64,000 nucleotides of DNA from an uncultured delta proteobacterium (GTDB lineage: Bacteria; Desulfobacterota; RBG-13-43-22), in the NCBI GenBank assembly GCA_963802945.1, contig CAWDKY010000032.1, forward strand, positions 43,444 through 107,443. Direction: 5' to 3'. A program made the position numbers and the translations under genes. How positions within the stretch are numbered: position 1 is the first letter of the stretch; every line of letters begins with the position of its first letter. This document shows positions 8,781 through 17,570 of this stretch, in pieces. Below the pieces are notes generated by a model. That model was not told the origin of the DNA. It worked only from the letters and a program-made list of their open reading frames with translations, and made no database searches.

Positions 8781-9587
8781 GTGGAGAGAAAAAAAGTGAG
8801 TCCTACAAAAAAACAGAAACGGTTTTATCTCGGGCTAAGCCTTTTTATTTTCTTTTCGATCTCGGCCTGTGTTCAAGCCCCTTTAAACACCGTCAACCAG
8901 GTTTCGACTATTGACGCCTTACTGGCTGGCTCCTATGAAGGACAGATGTCCTTGGAGAAACTGCTGACCTATGGGAATTTTGGCATCGGGACTTTTGAGA
9001 ACCTGGATGGAGAGATGGTCCTATTGGACGGCCGTGTTTATCAAGTCAAGGCCGATGGAAAGGTCTATCGTCCACCCCTGGATTTATCGACCCCCTTTGC
9101 TTCGGTGGTCCAATTTAAAGCAGATTATAGCTTTCCGATCGACAAAGAAATGGATCTTAAAGGCCTAGAAAAAATGATCGAAGATACGATACCCAACAAG
9201 AATCTGTTTTATGCCATTAAAGTGAAAGGGATCTTCCAGACCATGAAGACCCGAAGTGTTCCGGCCCAGAAGAAACCCTATCCTCCTCTGGCCGAGGTGA
9301 CTAAAAACCAACTTATTTTTTCCTTCGAAACTATTTCCGGAACGGTGGTTGGATTCAGATCGCCGGTATTTGTGAAAGGTGTTAACGTGCCGGGCAATCA
9401 CCTCCATTTTATCTCCGATGATTTTAAATCAGGAGGGCATGTTCTGGATTTTCGACTGCAAAAAGGAATCATTGAGATTGACCGTTGCCATCAATTCTTC
9501 ATGATCCTGCCTGAAAAGGAAGGCTCATTTAGTCAGGTTGACCTTGGCCGTGATCGGACTGAGGAGTTGGAAAAAGTGGAGCACTAA
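8781..9587 (+). CDS. budA: alpha-acetolactate decarboxylase-like protein with lipoprotein-type signal peptide
   Basis: STIDALLAGSYEG...GIGTFENLDGEMV motif. The N-terminus has the lipobox-like sequence FFSISAC. The start is GTG 8781 or, better placed after GGAGAG, GTG 8796. Confidence 0.8.
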   Translation: MERKKVSPTKKQKRFYLGLSLFIFFSISACVQAPLNTVNQVSTIDALLAGSYEGQMSLEKLLTYGNFGIGTFENLDGEMVLLDGRVYQVKADGKVYRPPLDLSTPFASVVQFKADYSFPIDKEMDLKGLEKMIEDTIPNKNLFYAIKVKGIFQTMKTRSVPAQKKPYPPLAEVTKNQLIFSFETISGTVVGFRSPVFVKGVNVPGNHLHFISDDFKSGGHVLDFRLQKGIIEIDRCHQFFMILPEKEGSFSQVDLGRDRTEELEKVEH

Positions 9588-9602
9588 TTCAAAAAGGATT
9601 CA

Positions 9603-9746
9603 AGGGATCAGTGGCGCCTTTGGGATAATACCTTTCGTCGCCGTCTATCCATATCATTTCCTTCGATGCCTTGTCCTGCAAGACCATCATGGTTCCCCTG
9701 AGTAACACCCCTAAAGAACCTCTGATGAAGAAATAGACACAAGCCT
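9603..9746 (-). pseudogene. about 144-nt fragment of a PNPOx-family gene (copy of 12572-12717)
   Basis: About 90 percent nucleotide identity to the internal part of the intact gene at 12453-12911, in the same orientation. It has no start codon and an upstream stop. Confidence 0.7.
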
Positions 9747-10245
9747 GGTAGGGTCGTGAGGGCAAATCTTCAGTTATGACATTTCCGATGGATGAATATT
9801 TTCCTTATTTTTCTCTTTATATAGAAAGATATAGTGAGGAACGTTTGTACTTGTTAAGGTAAGTCAAGGTATAGAAGGTACAAGAAAAAGGTCGATTTTC
9901 AATAACGTCCCCATTTATGCATGATTATGTGTTCTGACCAATGTTGTGGTGACGGACAGTGTCAAGATAAATCTTCTTGCGACTTACAAATGGGTGCTAT
10001 TATGAAGTGCAAAGGTCAGATTATGATTTGAACTAAACAAGCTACTTACCAGAAAATGAGGCGGTCAGAATATTAGCCAGGAAGATAGTGATGAGGACCA
10101 TCTGATAGTTGCTCTGTTTCAGCTTAATCAATAGGTTCATAGTAGACCTAAGGGGTTCCGGCATTGGTTCGATGATATCCTCCCCTCCTAACCCTCTCCA
10201 CCGGGGGAAGGAAAGGGCGGGGATGCTTTATCGGACCAAAATAAA

Positions 10246-11487
10246 TTATCGCTTCTCCCAACTGGGGAAAGGATAAATAAGCTGGGAAGTTGAAAACTCA
10301 AAGGGCCAGATGACCTGTTGCTGCCCTTTCTGCCACTGGAGGATCTTCTGTTTAGTGAACCCTTGATGTTTAATTATATGGCTCGGCTCTATGGTCAGAG
10401 TTTCTCCGATAGGGGAAATATACTTCGTTTTTTCAAGCGCCTCGATTAAGGCCGCTTTATCCAGAGTTCCGGCTTTTTTAATACCCTCGGCTACGAAATA
10501 AATATTCGTGTAGGCCAAGGGAGCAAAATAAGTAGCCGGTTCCTGATTGTATTCTTTGATGTAAGCCTCCCAGAAATGTTTACTCACCGGGCTTACCTCT
10601 TTGATGGAAGGCGCCCACATACCGTATAGAACGACTCCCTCTGCCAACGGGGATTTTCCAAAAACAGCCGGCCATCCTGGAGTAGTCCCTATAAAGATTG
10701 GAGGAGCAAATTGAATCTCCTTGCTCTGCTCTATAATGGGTAGCGCATCGGCGCCATACCCGGTCCATAGGAAAATATCCGGTTTGGCTTCTTGAGCGTG
10801 CCGGAGGATGGCGCTATAGTCTCCGCCGCCTCGCGCCGCACTCTTGAAAGGTTCTCCCTCAAGTGTCCGTAATTTTCCTTCAATTGTCTTCCAGTCCTTA
10901 AACTGAGCTTTACCCGCGTTGAATGAAGCGCTGCCGTAGGCTTCTTCTTCATAGGCCTGAAACCATTTGTCTATTTTAATCTCAGGATGGTTTTTGTTGA
11001 TCGCTGTCCAGCCTTCCAGATAACTCCCTTCCTGTTGGTAATCCCAGGGATGAAGGTGAAAGTACCAATCGGCAGCCTTACCCACAGCCTGCTCACAACG
11101 AGAGGATGCAGCGCCTATCCAAACGGTTACCTTTGCGTATTTTTTCATAATCGGGATTTCGCCCAGATGTACACCACTGGACATGCCCCCGATGAGTACA
11201 TCAACTTTGTCCACAGTGACCAGTTTCTCCACCGCGGCCGCTCCTTTTATCGGCCTCATTTCATCATCGATCACGACCAGTTCGACCTGACGTCCCAGGA
11301 GACCGCCGGATTTGTTGATTTCTGTTACGGCCAACTTCATGGCTTTGGCCCCTTGCTCTCCGGTAATATCGGCCAAAGGGAGAATGGCTCCGAATTTGAT
11401 GGGGCCTTGAGCAAATACTGCCGGGACCATTAGCAAGACTGAGATGAAAATAGCCACACACTGCCGTAAAATTTTTCGATATTTCAT
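10246..11487 (-). CDS. ABC transporter substrate-binding protein (LivK/Peripla_BP_6-like)
   Basis: Signal peptide, then GPIKFGAILPL..G..GA......A..EIN..GG. Size is 413 aa. Confidence 0.85.
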   Translation of the reverse strand: MKYRKILRQCVAIFISVLLMVPAVFAQGPIKFGAILPLADITGEQGAKAMKLAVTEINKSGGLLGRQVELVVIDDEMRPIKGAAAVEKLVTVDKVDVLIGGMSSGVHLGEIPIMKKYAKVTVWIGAASSRCEQAVGKAADWYFHLHPWDYQQEGSYLEGWTAINKNHPEIKIDKWFQAYEEEAYGSASFNAGKAQFKDWKTIEGKLRTLEGEPFKSAARGGGDYSAILRHAQEAKPDIFLWTGYGADALPIIEQSKEIQFAPPIFIGTTPGWPAVFGKSPLAEGVVLYGMWAPSIKEVSPVSKHFWEAYIKEYNQEPATYFAPLAYTNIYFVAEGIKKAGTLDKAALIEALEKTKYISPIGETLTIEPSHIIKHQGFTKQKILQWQKGQQQVIWPFEFSTSQLIYPFPSWEKR

Positions 11488-11583
11488 CTGATGAGTTCCT
11501 CTTTTGTGATTGTTGGGATTTTATATTCTTTCCATCCAAAAGTTAATTCTTTTCAAATCATCGCCTTTATGTTGTGTTCCGAA

Positions 11584-12327
11584 TTATTTAGTGATTATTA
11601 CAACCAGCCCAGTAGCGTTCCATGCAGGGCTATCAATGGTCCCTATTCCTGAAAAAAATGAACCATTATCCAAAGATTTTCTACCAACTTGGAAATCGAT
11701 AACCGCATTACCTCCCATTTTTAGCACAGCATTACGGAGTTCATACTTAAGGGTTTCGGTTCTATAATCAATGTCCTTTTGTTTTCTTGAACTGTGATCC
11801 TTTAAAAACCAACAGGGGTAATTCCAAGGCCCTAAGAAGTTGGGAATTGTAATAAGAAAAGGAAAGACTGGGGCATAGCTTTGAAAATTCATTGCCTTGC
11901 AGTATTTATTCAACCGGCTTATATCTCGATTGTTAACGTATAGGTAATTATTGATCCAGATTAACGGAGATGTTTCTTCGCCCTGTACAAGATTAATGTC
12001 AACTTTGCCTAGGGTTACGATTTTATTTTCAAATTCTTTTAATACCGAGGCGTTGGCAATTCTGAATAAATCTTTATCCTTAACAAGTCCTTCTCGATAC
12101 ACCCCTTCTTCTTTTAATACTTTGATTAAATCTTCATCCTTAACAATTCCTTCGGGATAGGCCCCTTCAAATATTTCTATGTTTTCAATCTTGAAATTTG
12201 AGTCGGGTTTAATATTTTGGGATTGGCCGGCTTCAAATTTTGTGAGTTTGATGTCTGTTTTTGGGAGGTGCCCGCATCCCACCCATAAAGGCAATAAGAG
12301 TACGATAGCGATTAATTGTCTTTTCAT
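11584..12327 (-). CDS. lipoprotein with C-terminal YbjQ/UPF0145-like domain
   Basis: ATG 12327 is preceded by GGAGGAG. The lipobox is LLPLWVGC. There is an internal 20-aa tandem duplication (EGAYPEGIVKDEDL / EGVYREGLVKDKDL), and the C-terminus reads MGGNAVIDFQV. Confidence 0.65.
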   Translation of the reverse strand: MKRQLIAIVLLLPLWVGCGHLPKTDIKLTKFEAGQSQNIKPDSNFKIENIEIFEGAYPEGIVKDEDLIKVLKEEGVYREGLVKDKDLFRIANASVLKEFENKIVTLGKVDINLVQGEETSPLIWINNYLYVNNRDISRLNKYCKAMNFQSYAPVFPFLITIPNFLGPWNYPCWFLKDHSSRKQKDIDYRTETLKYELRNAVLKMGGNAVIDFQVGRKSLDNGSFFSGIGTIDSPAWNATGLVVIITK

Positions 12328-12452
12328 CCACTCCTCCTGTTTAATGGTTTGACGATCATCTATTATGACTGGTAATATACACAATTTTAGAACTTATTGG
12401 AAATGAAGAATTCAGCAAGAAGTCAACATCAAACTTGACAAGGCCTGTAAAG

Positions 12453-12911
12453 TCAAATCCTGACTTTCACCGATGATTTGTCAAGGTGTTTTTTCTCGAC
12501 TTCAAAATTTTCAGACTTGAAGTTACTGTAATATCGGCCGTTCTGAGCAGTGAACTTAAGCACGCAGTAATCGGGATCGGTGACGCCTTTGGGATAATAC
12601 CTTTCGTCGCCGTCTATCCATATCATTTCCTTCGATGCCTTGTCCTGCAAAACCTCCATGGTTCCCCTGAGCATGACACCCCTAAAGAACCTCTGGTCGA
12701 AGAAATAGACGCAAGCCTTGGGATTGGCATTGTATTGCTTGACTCTCATCGACGAGGTGTTCGTGGTAAAGAACAAATGCTTGATACCTTCTCTCTTCCG
12801 TGGAGGAAGCATGGCCTTCGAATTGGGAAAACCCGCTTTATCGACTGAGCTGATAATGGAAACGGTCACCTTGTCGATCAGATTTCCAATGGTCTTTTCA
12901 GAATCTCTCAT
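12453..12911 (-). CDS. pyridoxamine 5'-phosphate oxidase family (general stress protein 26-like) protein
   Basis: 152 aa from ATG 12911. The GTG at 12956 would start at the edge of a repeat element. The split-barrel-type sequence KACVYFFDQRFFRGVMLRG is present. Confidence 0.75.
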   Translation of the reverse strand: MRDSEKTIGNLIDKVTVSIISSVDKAGFPNSKAMLPPRKREGIKHLFFTTNTSSMRVKQYNANPKACVYFFDQRFFRGVMLRGTMEVLQDKASKEMIWIDGDERYYPKGVTDPDYCVLKFTAQNGRYYSNFKSENFEVEKKHLDKSSVKVRI

Positions 12912-12956
12912 GGTCTCGCCCTTCTTTAGATTTGAATACCTGTTAAAAGTCGTCAC

Positions 12957-13123
12957 ACCGGCCCCGCATCAAGTGCGGTGTAGGCTCCAGCCGGTGTCCA
13001 GGGAATCCTTAACTCTCGAAAATACTGGATGACGGCTTTGATGGCGCTGTCCGCTATTACGACACAGTCTCTTCGCCGGAATGACCCCAATAAGTGTTCG
13101 GTGACTTTCCACATTCCATCAAA
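12957..13123 (+). repeat. degenerate member of the structured intergenic repeat family (RIKCGAG / FAGMT / terminal GACTTTCCACATTCCATCAAA motifs)
   Basis: CCGCATCAAGTGCGG hairpin, TTCGCCGGAATGACC, and a terminal motif at 13103-13123 related to the ends of elements at 16685, 43170, 61508 and 31190. Confidence 0.5.
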
Positions 13124-13188
13124 TATTTTCAAGGGAGAAATAACATTCGTATTTATCCGTGTGGGATCGTAGTCAAAACTAAATTTGA

Positions 13189-13545
13189 TTAAGCTCTGTA
13201 TTCCACAATGACCTCGGACTCAAGATTAAATGATGGTGTATGAACCAGGATCATCTTCACCGGTTTCGGACTATTGTTGGAGTATGAGAAATGCTGCCCC
13301 CGTTTAATAACGCACAAATCCCCGGCATTGAGGATTATAGGATCACCGTCAATCTGAAACGAAATATTTCCCGATATCAGGTAATAATACTTGTCGGATC
13401 GTTTCGACCAGGCTTCCGGGTGACTCGCCCCGCCGGGGACAACGATTTCAGCCACGGATGAACTCCCCTCAAACCTGGCCGTGTAATCGCGTATCTCCAA
13501 GCCATAAAAATCAAATGGGATAATCTCTGCTTGTCTGACAATCAC
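13189..13545 (-). CDS. cupin domain protein
   Basis: 118 aa with a GTG start after GGAGAGAGG. The sequence is beta-barrel-like (YYYLISGNISFQIDGD...AGDLCVI). Confidence 0.7.
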   Translation of the reverse strand: MIVRQAEIIPFDFYGLEIRDYTARFEGSSSVAEIVVPGGASHPEAWSKRSDKYYYLISGNISFQIDGDPIILNAGDLCVIKRGQHFSYSNNSPKPVKMILVHTPSFNLESEVIVEYRA

Positions 13546-13674
13546 AGTTGTCCTCTCTCCTGTTTCAAATATTTGTCTAACAATATAGACCTGACCCTAT
13601 AACCCAAAATACTTCTCAAAAGGAGTATGTCAAGGAATTTTATCAGGGACGAGGGCAAAATCGAGATTCAAAAC

Positions 13675-14487
13675 CTATTGAATCAAGCGGCGGACCATCA
13701 GGCGTATGGCTAAGGGAAGGGTTATCAGGCAGAAGACCAGGAGATACAAAAGGCTCCAGAGTAGTTGCGGAGAAAGGACATTCAAGGCCAGGGCGCGGGT
13801 CAGTTCCACGATATGGGTCAGGGGAAAGATCCAGGCCAGGATCTTGGCCCAGAAAGGAAGCTGATCCAAAGGGAAAAAGGTGCCGGAAAAAAGAAACATG
13901 GGGGTGATGAAAAGAAAGACCGGGAAATTGAAGGCTTCGATGGTGGGCATCAAGGCCGTAAAGCACATGCCCGCAGCCGCAAAGGCCAGCCCTCCAATCA
14001 GGGAGACCAGAAGTATCCCCAGAGACCAGGGATAAGCCAGAAGTCCGAAAAATGAAAGGATGATCATCATCAAGACCGTAGCCATCAAAGAACGACTGGT
14101 GCCCCAGAAGATTTCGCCCAGGATAACCTCTTCCGCCGTCAATGGCGTGGCCATAATGGCGTCAAAAGTTTTTTGATAGTACATCCGCACATAGGAGGCG
14201 TAGGTGGTTTCAAAAAAGGCGTTCTGCATGATATTGATGGCCAGAATCCCCGGGGCAATAAAGGCCGCATAACTGATCAGCCGTCCGGCGAAGTTCAGTT
14301 GCCCCACCAGGTAACCTAATCCCGCCCCAAAGGCCAAAAGATAAAAAATCGGTTCTAAAATCGGAGGCAGGAAATTGATCTTCCAGGTCTTGATATAAAC
14401 ATCCCAATTGCGCTGCCAGACACGGATAAAACGCCAAGTGATTTTGGTCGGAATATCGAGCCCGGGGTTCGAAGCGATGAGGTTCAT
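13675..14487 (-). CDS. ABC-2 type exporter permease (NodJ/DrrB-like)
   Basis: Six predicted hydrophobic helices. ATG 14487 forms an ATGA overlap with the stop of the upstream ATPase gene. Confidence 0.85.
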   Translation of the reverse strand: MNLIASNPGLDIPTKITWRFIRVWQRNWDVYIKTWKINFLPPILEPIFYLLAFGAGLGYLVGQLNFAGRLISYAAFIAPGILAINIMQNAFFETTYASYVRMYYQKTFDAIMATPLTAEEVILGEIFWGTSRSLMATVLMMIILSFFGLLAYPWSLGILLVSLIGGLAFAAAGMCFTALMPTIEAFNFPVFLFITPMFLFSGTFFPLDQLPFWAKILAWIFPLTHIVELTRALALNVLSPQLLWSLLYLLVFCLITLPLAIRLMVRRLIQ

Positions 14488-15404
14488 TCGCGAAGCCCCC
14501 GGCCGGTAAATTTTAAGAACACATCTTCCAGAGTGGCCATCCGCAGAGTACAACCGCTGGTGCAATATTCATCGGAGATTTGACGGAACAATTTTTCTCC
14601 TTCCCGGGTCGGGATCAGCAAGAGGTGCGGGATTTGTTCAAAAGGGATCTGTTGAGCCTTGAGAAAATCCATCAGCGGTTGGCCTGGATTTTCCACCTCG
14701 ATCACATTCCCGCCGATATGCTGCAGGATGAGGGAAAGAGGTTTCCCCTCCACCAGGATATGCCCCTGATCCATAATCACCAGGCGGTCACAGATCTGTT
14801 CGGCCTCGTCCATATAATGGGTGGTCAGCAGGATACAAAGCCCCTTGGCCTTGAGCTGCCTCACCTGTTCCCAAACCTGGTGTCTGGACTGGGGGTCCAG
14901 TCCGGTAGTGGGTTCATCCAGGATCAACAGATCAGGATTATGGATCAAAGCCCGGGCAATGACCAGACGGCGCATGAGCCCGCCGGACAGCTCAGGAATC
15001 AGGGCCTGCTTCTTATTGGTCAAGCCCATAAAGGTCAGCCATTCTTCGGCCCGCTGGCGGGCGATATTCCTGGGCAGATTAAAATAGCGGGAATAAACCA
15101 TCAGGTTTTCCCAGACAGTAAGATCCGGGTCGAGGTTGTTTTCCTGCTGGCAGACCCCGGTCCTGGCTTTGATTTCCCGGAAGTGTGTTCGAATGTCTTT
15201 TCCAAAAACCAGCAGACGCCCGTCGGTTATGGGAGAAAAGCCATAGATCATGCGGATCGTACTGGTCTTGCCAGCGCCGTTGGGACCTAGAAACCCAAAG
15301 CACTCCCCGGCCTGGATCTCAAAGGAGATCCGATCCACGGCCACCATATCCGGGAAACGCTTGGTCAGGTTTTCGGCTTTTATCACCGGATTCACGAAAG
15401 ACAC
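14484..15404 (-). CDS. ABC-2 type exporter ATP-binding protein (NodI/DrrA-like)
   Basis: Walker A GPNGAGKTST, signature LSGGLMRRL and Walker B LLILDEPT. Confidence 0.9.
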   Translation of the reverse strand: MSFVNPVIKAENLTKRFPDMVAVDRISFEIQAGECFGFLGPNGAGKTSTIRMIYGFSPITDGRLLVFGKDIRTHFREIKARTGVCQQENNLDPDLTVWENLMVYSRYFNLPRNIARQRAEEWLTFMGLTNKKQALIPELSGGLMRRLVIARALIHNPDLLILDEPTTGLDPQSRHQVWEQVRQLKAKGLCILLTTHYMDEAEQICDRLVIMDQGHILVEGKPLSLILQHIGGNVIEVENPGQPLMDFLKAQQIPFEQIPHLLLIPTREGEKLFRQISDEYCTSGCTLRMATLEDVFLKFTGRGLRE

Positions 15405-15405
15405 C

Positions 15406-16707
15406 TCAGCTTTCTACTTCTTCTCGTATGGGCACCCAGAACATTAGCAGCATGGCCGGGATTGAGGCGCCAAATGCAATGAGAAACATGTTCAGATACC
15501 CCATATGCTCCACAATAACCCCGCCGAATCCTCCGAAAAAGGTGGAAAAAATAGACATGACCGCCGAGCCTACGGCATAGTGTGAGGCCTTGAATTCCGG
15601 TTTACAGGTGCGCAGAATATAGACGATCAACACGGCGTTACCCAGCCCGGCCGCCATTTGTTCGTAACAATGCACTGCGGCAATGACGGCCAAACCGAAA
15701 TGCGTGGCCGCTGAAGGAAGGGACCAGGCCAGCCAGACATAAGCCCAGATATTGAAGTTCATGAGGATGGTCAAAGGCCAGATGGCTTTTTTCAACCCTT
15801 TCTTCTTGATCCATATCCCACCAATGGACGTTCCGGCAATAGCCCCCAGCGCACCCAAAATCCCGCCAAGCCAGGAAAGCTGGGCCTTGGTCACGCCCAA
15901 CTCTCGCATAAGAAACGGCGTGCCCATGGAAAATAGGATCTCATCCCCGATTTTATAGGTAATGATGAAGATAATAACCAGGGCCACTTTCTCCTGTTCA
16001 AAGTAGGTGCTGAAGGCGCGGCCGAAATCTCGTGTAATCCCGGAAAACGATCGCACCGCCTGAGGACGATCTTTCTCGAATCGGGGAAGCTGCCAGGTAT
16101 GAAAAAGCGTGACCAGGAGCATAGTAACGGCAGCCGCCCCGAAGGCATAACCCCAGGGCCGGTATTTATCAGCCCCGCCGAGTCTGGCAGCAGCAAAGGC
16201 CGCCAAAGCCACAAATCCACTGCGGACCAGGATAACCGCCAATCTGTAAGCAAAAACGCGGTATCCGGTATAGGCGGCCTGTTCCTTGGGGTCGGTCAGG
16301 CCTTCCATATAGTATCCGTCAATGGCGATGTCGTTGGTCGCCGAGAGGAAGGCCAGAACAATAAAGGTCCCCGCAATGATGGCCAGGATCAAGCCGGCAT
16401 CGGTTTGATGCGTGGCGATAAAACAGCAGTATGAAACCCCGATGATCAGCAGACTGATGCCGGCCTGCACCGCGATCATCCAGGTCCGTTTCTTTCCAAT
16501 GATGTCCAAAAAGGGGGCCCAGAGGAATTTCAGATTCCAGGGTATGCCGAGAAAATTCAAATAACCGATGTAACGTTCCTTCAATCCGATATCGGTAAAG
16601 AAGACCGACGAAAGTATCCGAATGATCGCATAGGGCAGGCCTTCGGCCAGGTAGGTGCTGAAAACCCAGACACCGGGTTTATTTACAGGTTGTTGAAAAC
16701 GGCCCAT
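15406..16707 (-). CDS. MFS transporter, AmpG/PAT family
   Basis: 12-helix profile with an LKFLWAPFLD motif. The only usable start codon (16707) lies inside repeat element A. Confidence 0.8.
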   Translation of the reverse strand: MGRFQQPVNKPGVWVFSTYLAEGLPYAIIRILSSVFFTDIGLKERYIGYLNFLGIPWNLKFLWAPFLDIIGKKRTWMIAVQAGISLLIIGVSYCCFIATHQTDAGLILAIIAGTFIVLAFLSATNDIAIDGYYMEGLTDPKEQAAYTGYRVFAYRLAVILVRSGFVALAAFAAARLGGADKYRPWGYAFGAAAVTMLLVTLFHTWQLPRFEKDRPQAVRSFSGITRDFGRAFSTYFEQEKVALVIIFIITYKIGDEILFSMGTPFLMRELGVTKAQLSWLGGILGALGAIAGTSIGGIWIKKKGLKKAIWPLTILMNFNIWAYVWLAWSLPSAATHFGLAVIAAVHCYEQMAAGLGNAVLIVYILRTCKPEFKASHYAVGSAVMSIFSTFFGGFGGVIVEHMGYLNMFLIAFGASIPAMLLMFWVPIREEVES

Positions 16708-16865
16708 CTACTTTGTTGCCCTCATCCCTCGTTATTGCGGCGTACTATTATGTACGCCTCATTCCTCTGGATTTCTTCGCGTAAAAGACAACGCTCAGTC
16801 CCACCCCTTCGAGACGGGTTCCGGGTTTCGGGTGCCTCGTATCTGGACCTTTTTGAGCAACCCGT
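16685..16865 (-). repeat. structured MITE-like intergenic element, copy A (181 nt)
   Basis: The terminal inverted repeats ACAGGTTGTTGAAAACGGCCCA (16685-16706) and TGGACCTTTTTGAGCAACCCGT (ends 16865) match at 17 of 22 positions. There is an internal GGCGTAC...GTACGCC hairpin. The element is homologous to 43170-43294. Confidence 0.7.
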
Positions 16866-16897
16866 GAAAAACGAGATTTTCCGAAATCTGTTAAGAT

Positions 16898-17521
16898 TCA
16901 TAAAGAGGGTTGGATCGCCACAATGGCCGCCGCCAATTCTTCCAAGCCGAAAGAAAAGAAATGATCCGCTCCTTCAATAATTTTTAAGGGTGGGGAGGAT
17001 GGCATCAATCGAATTACATTCTGGATATTAAGAATAGGGGCATAAGGGTCCTGATCGCCGACAACGATCAGACGGGTTTTAGTATCCTGAGCCAAAAAAG
17101 AAAAATCCATCATACCGGCCGGAGGCGAAACCAGGATCGATCCCTGAACATCCGGATGGGTCAAGCCCGCCCGGACACTGACCCAGGCCCCGAAAGAATA
17201 ACCGGCCAGGACAATGTGTTGTAGGCCCAAGCCTTTCAGATAGGCCATGGCCGCCGAAACATCGTCTGCCTCCCCTGCCCCTTGATCAAAATCCCCTTGG
17301 CTTCGGCCTACCCCGCGGAAGTTAAAACGTAAGCTCGTCCAACCCGACTCTTCAAACGTCCGGGCGATGAGGCCAACAACATGGTTGTACATGTCACCAC
17401 CATACAGAGGATGGGGATGAGAGACGACAACGGCTTTGGACAATTCACCTTGGGTCAGGAGCCCTTCCAGATAAAGGGACCCCGAAGGAAACAGAATCTT
17501 TTTTGCTGATCCGGCTTCCAT
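16898..17521 (-). CDS. alpha/beta hydrolase (COG2945-like)
   Basis: HPHPLYGG, RFNFRGVGRSQG and the nucleophile elbow GYSFGA. Confidence 0.8.
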   Translation of the reverse strand: MEAGSAKKILFPSGSLYLEGLLTQGELSKAVVVSHPHPLYGGDMYNHVVGLIARTFEESGWTSLRFNFRGVGRSQGDFDQGAGEADDVSAAMAYLKGLGLQHIVLAGYSFGAWVSVRAGLTHPDVQGSILVSPPAGMMDFSFLAQDTKTRLIVVGDQDPYAPILNIQNVIRLMPSSPPLKIIEGADHFFSFGLEELAAAIVAIQPSL

Positions 17522-17570
17522 AAAATTCCTTCCATTTGCGGATTACACGTCGGCAATTTGCCTGTTTTTC

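Noticed and set aside
13643-13966. 107-aa minus-strand ORF
   Set aside because: It overlaps the ABC-2 permease in another frame, is Pro/Ser/Gly-rich, and has no independent support.
14580-15290. 236-aa plus-strand ORF
   Set aside because: It is antisense to the ABC ATPase with Walker motifs, so it is a shadow ORF.
16690-16980. 96-aa plus ORF (also 43076-43303 plus, 61454-61690 minus and 61459-61674 plus)
   Set aside because: These ORFs lie inside the structured repeat elements. Their similarity to each other reflects the repeat, not a protein family.
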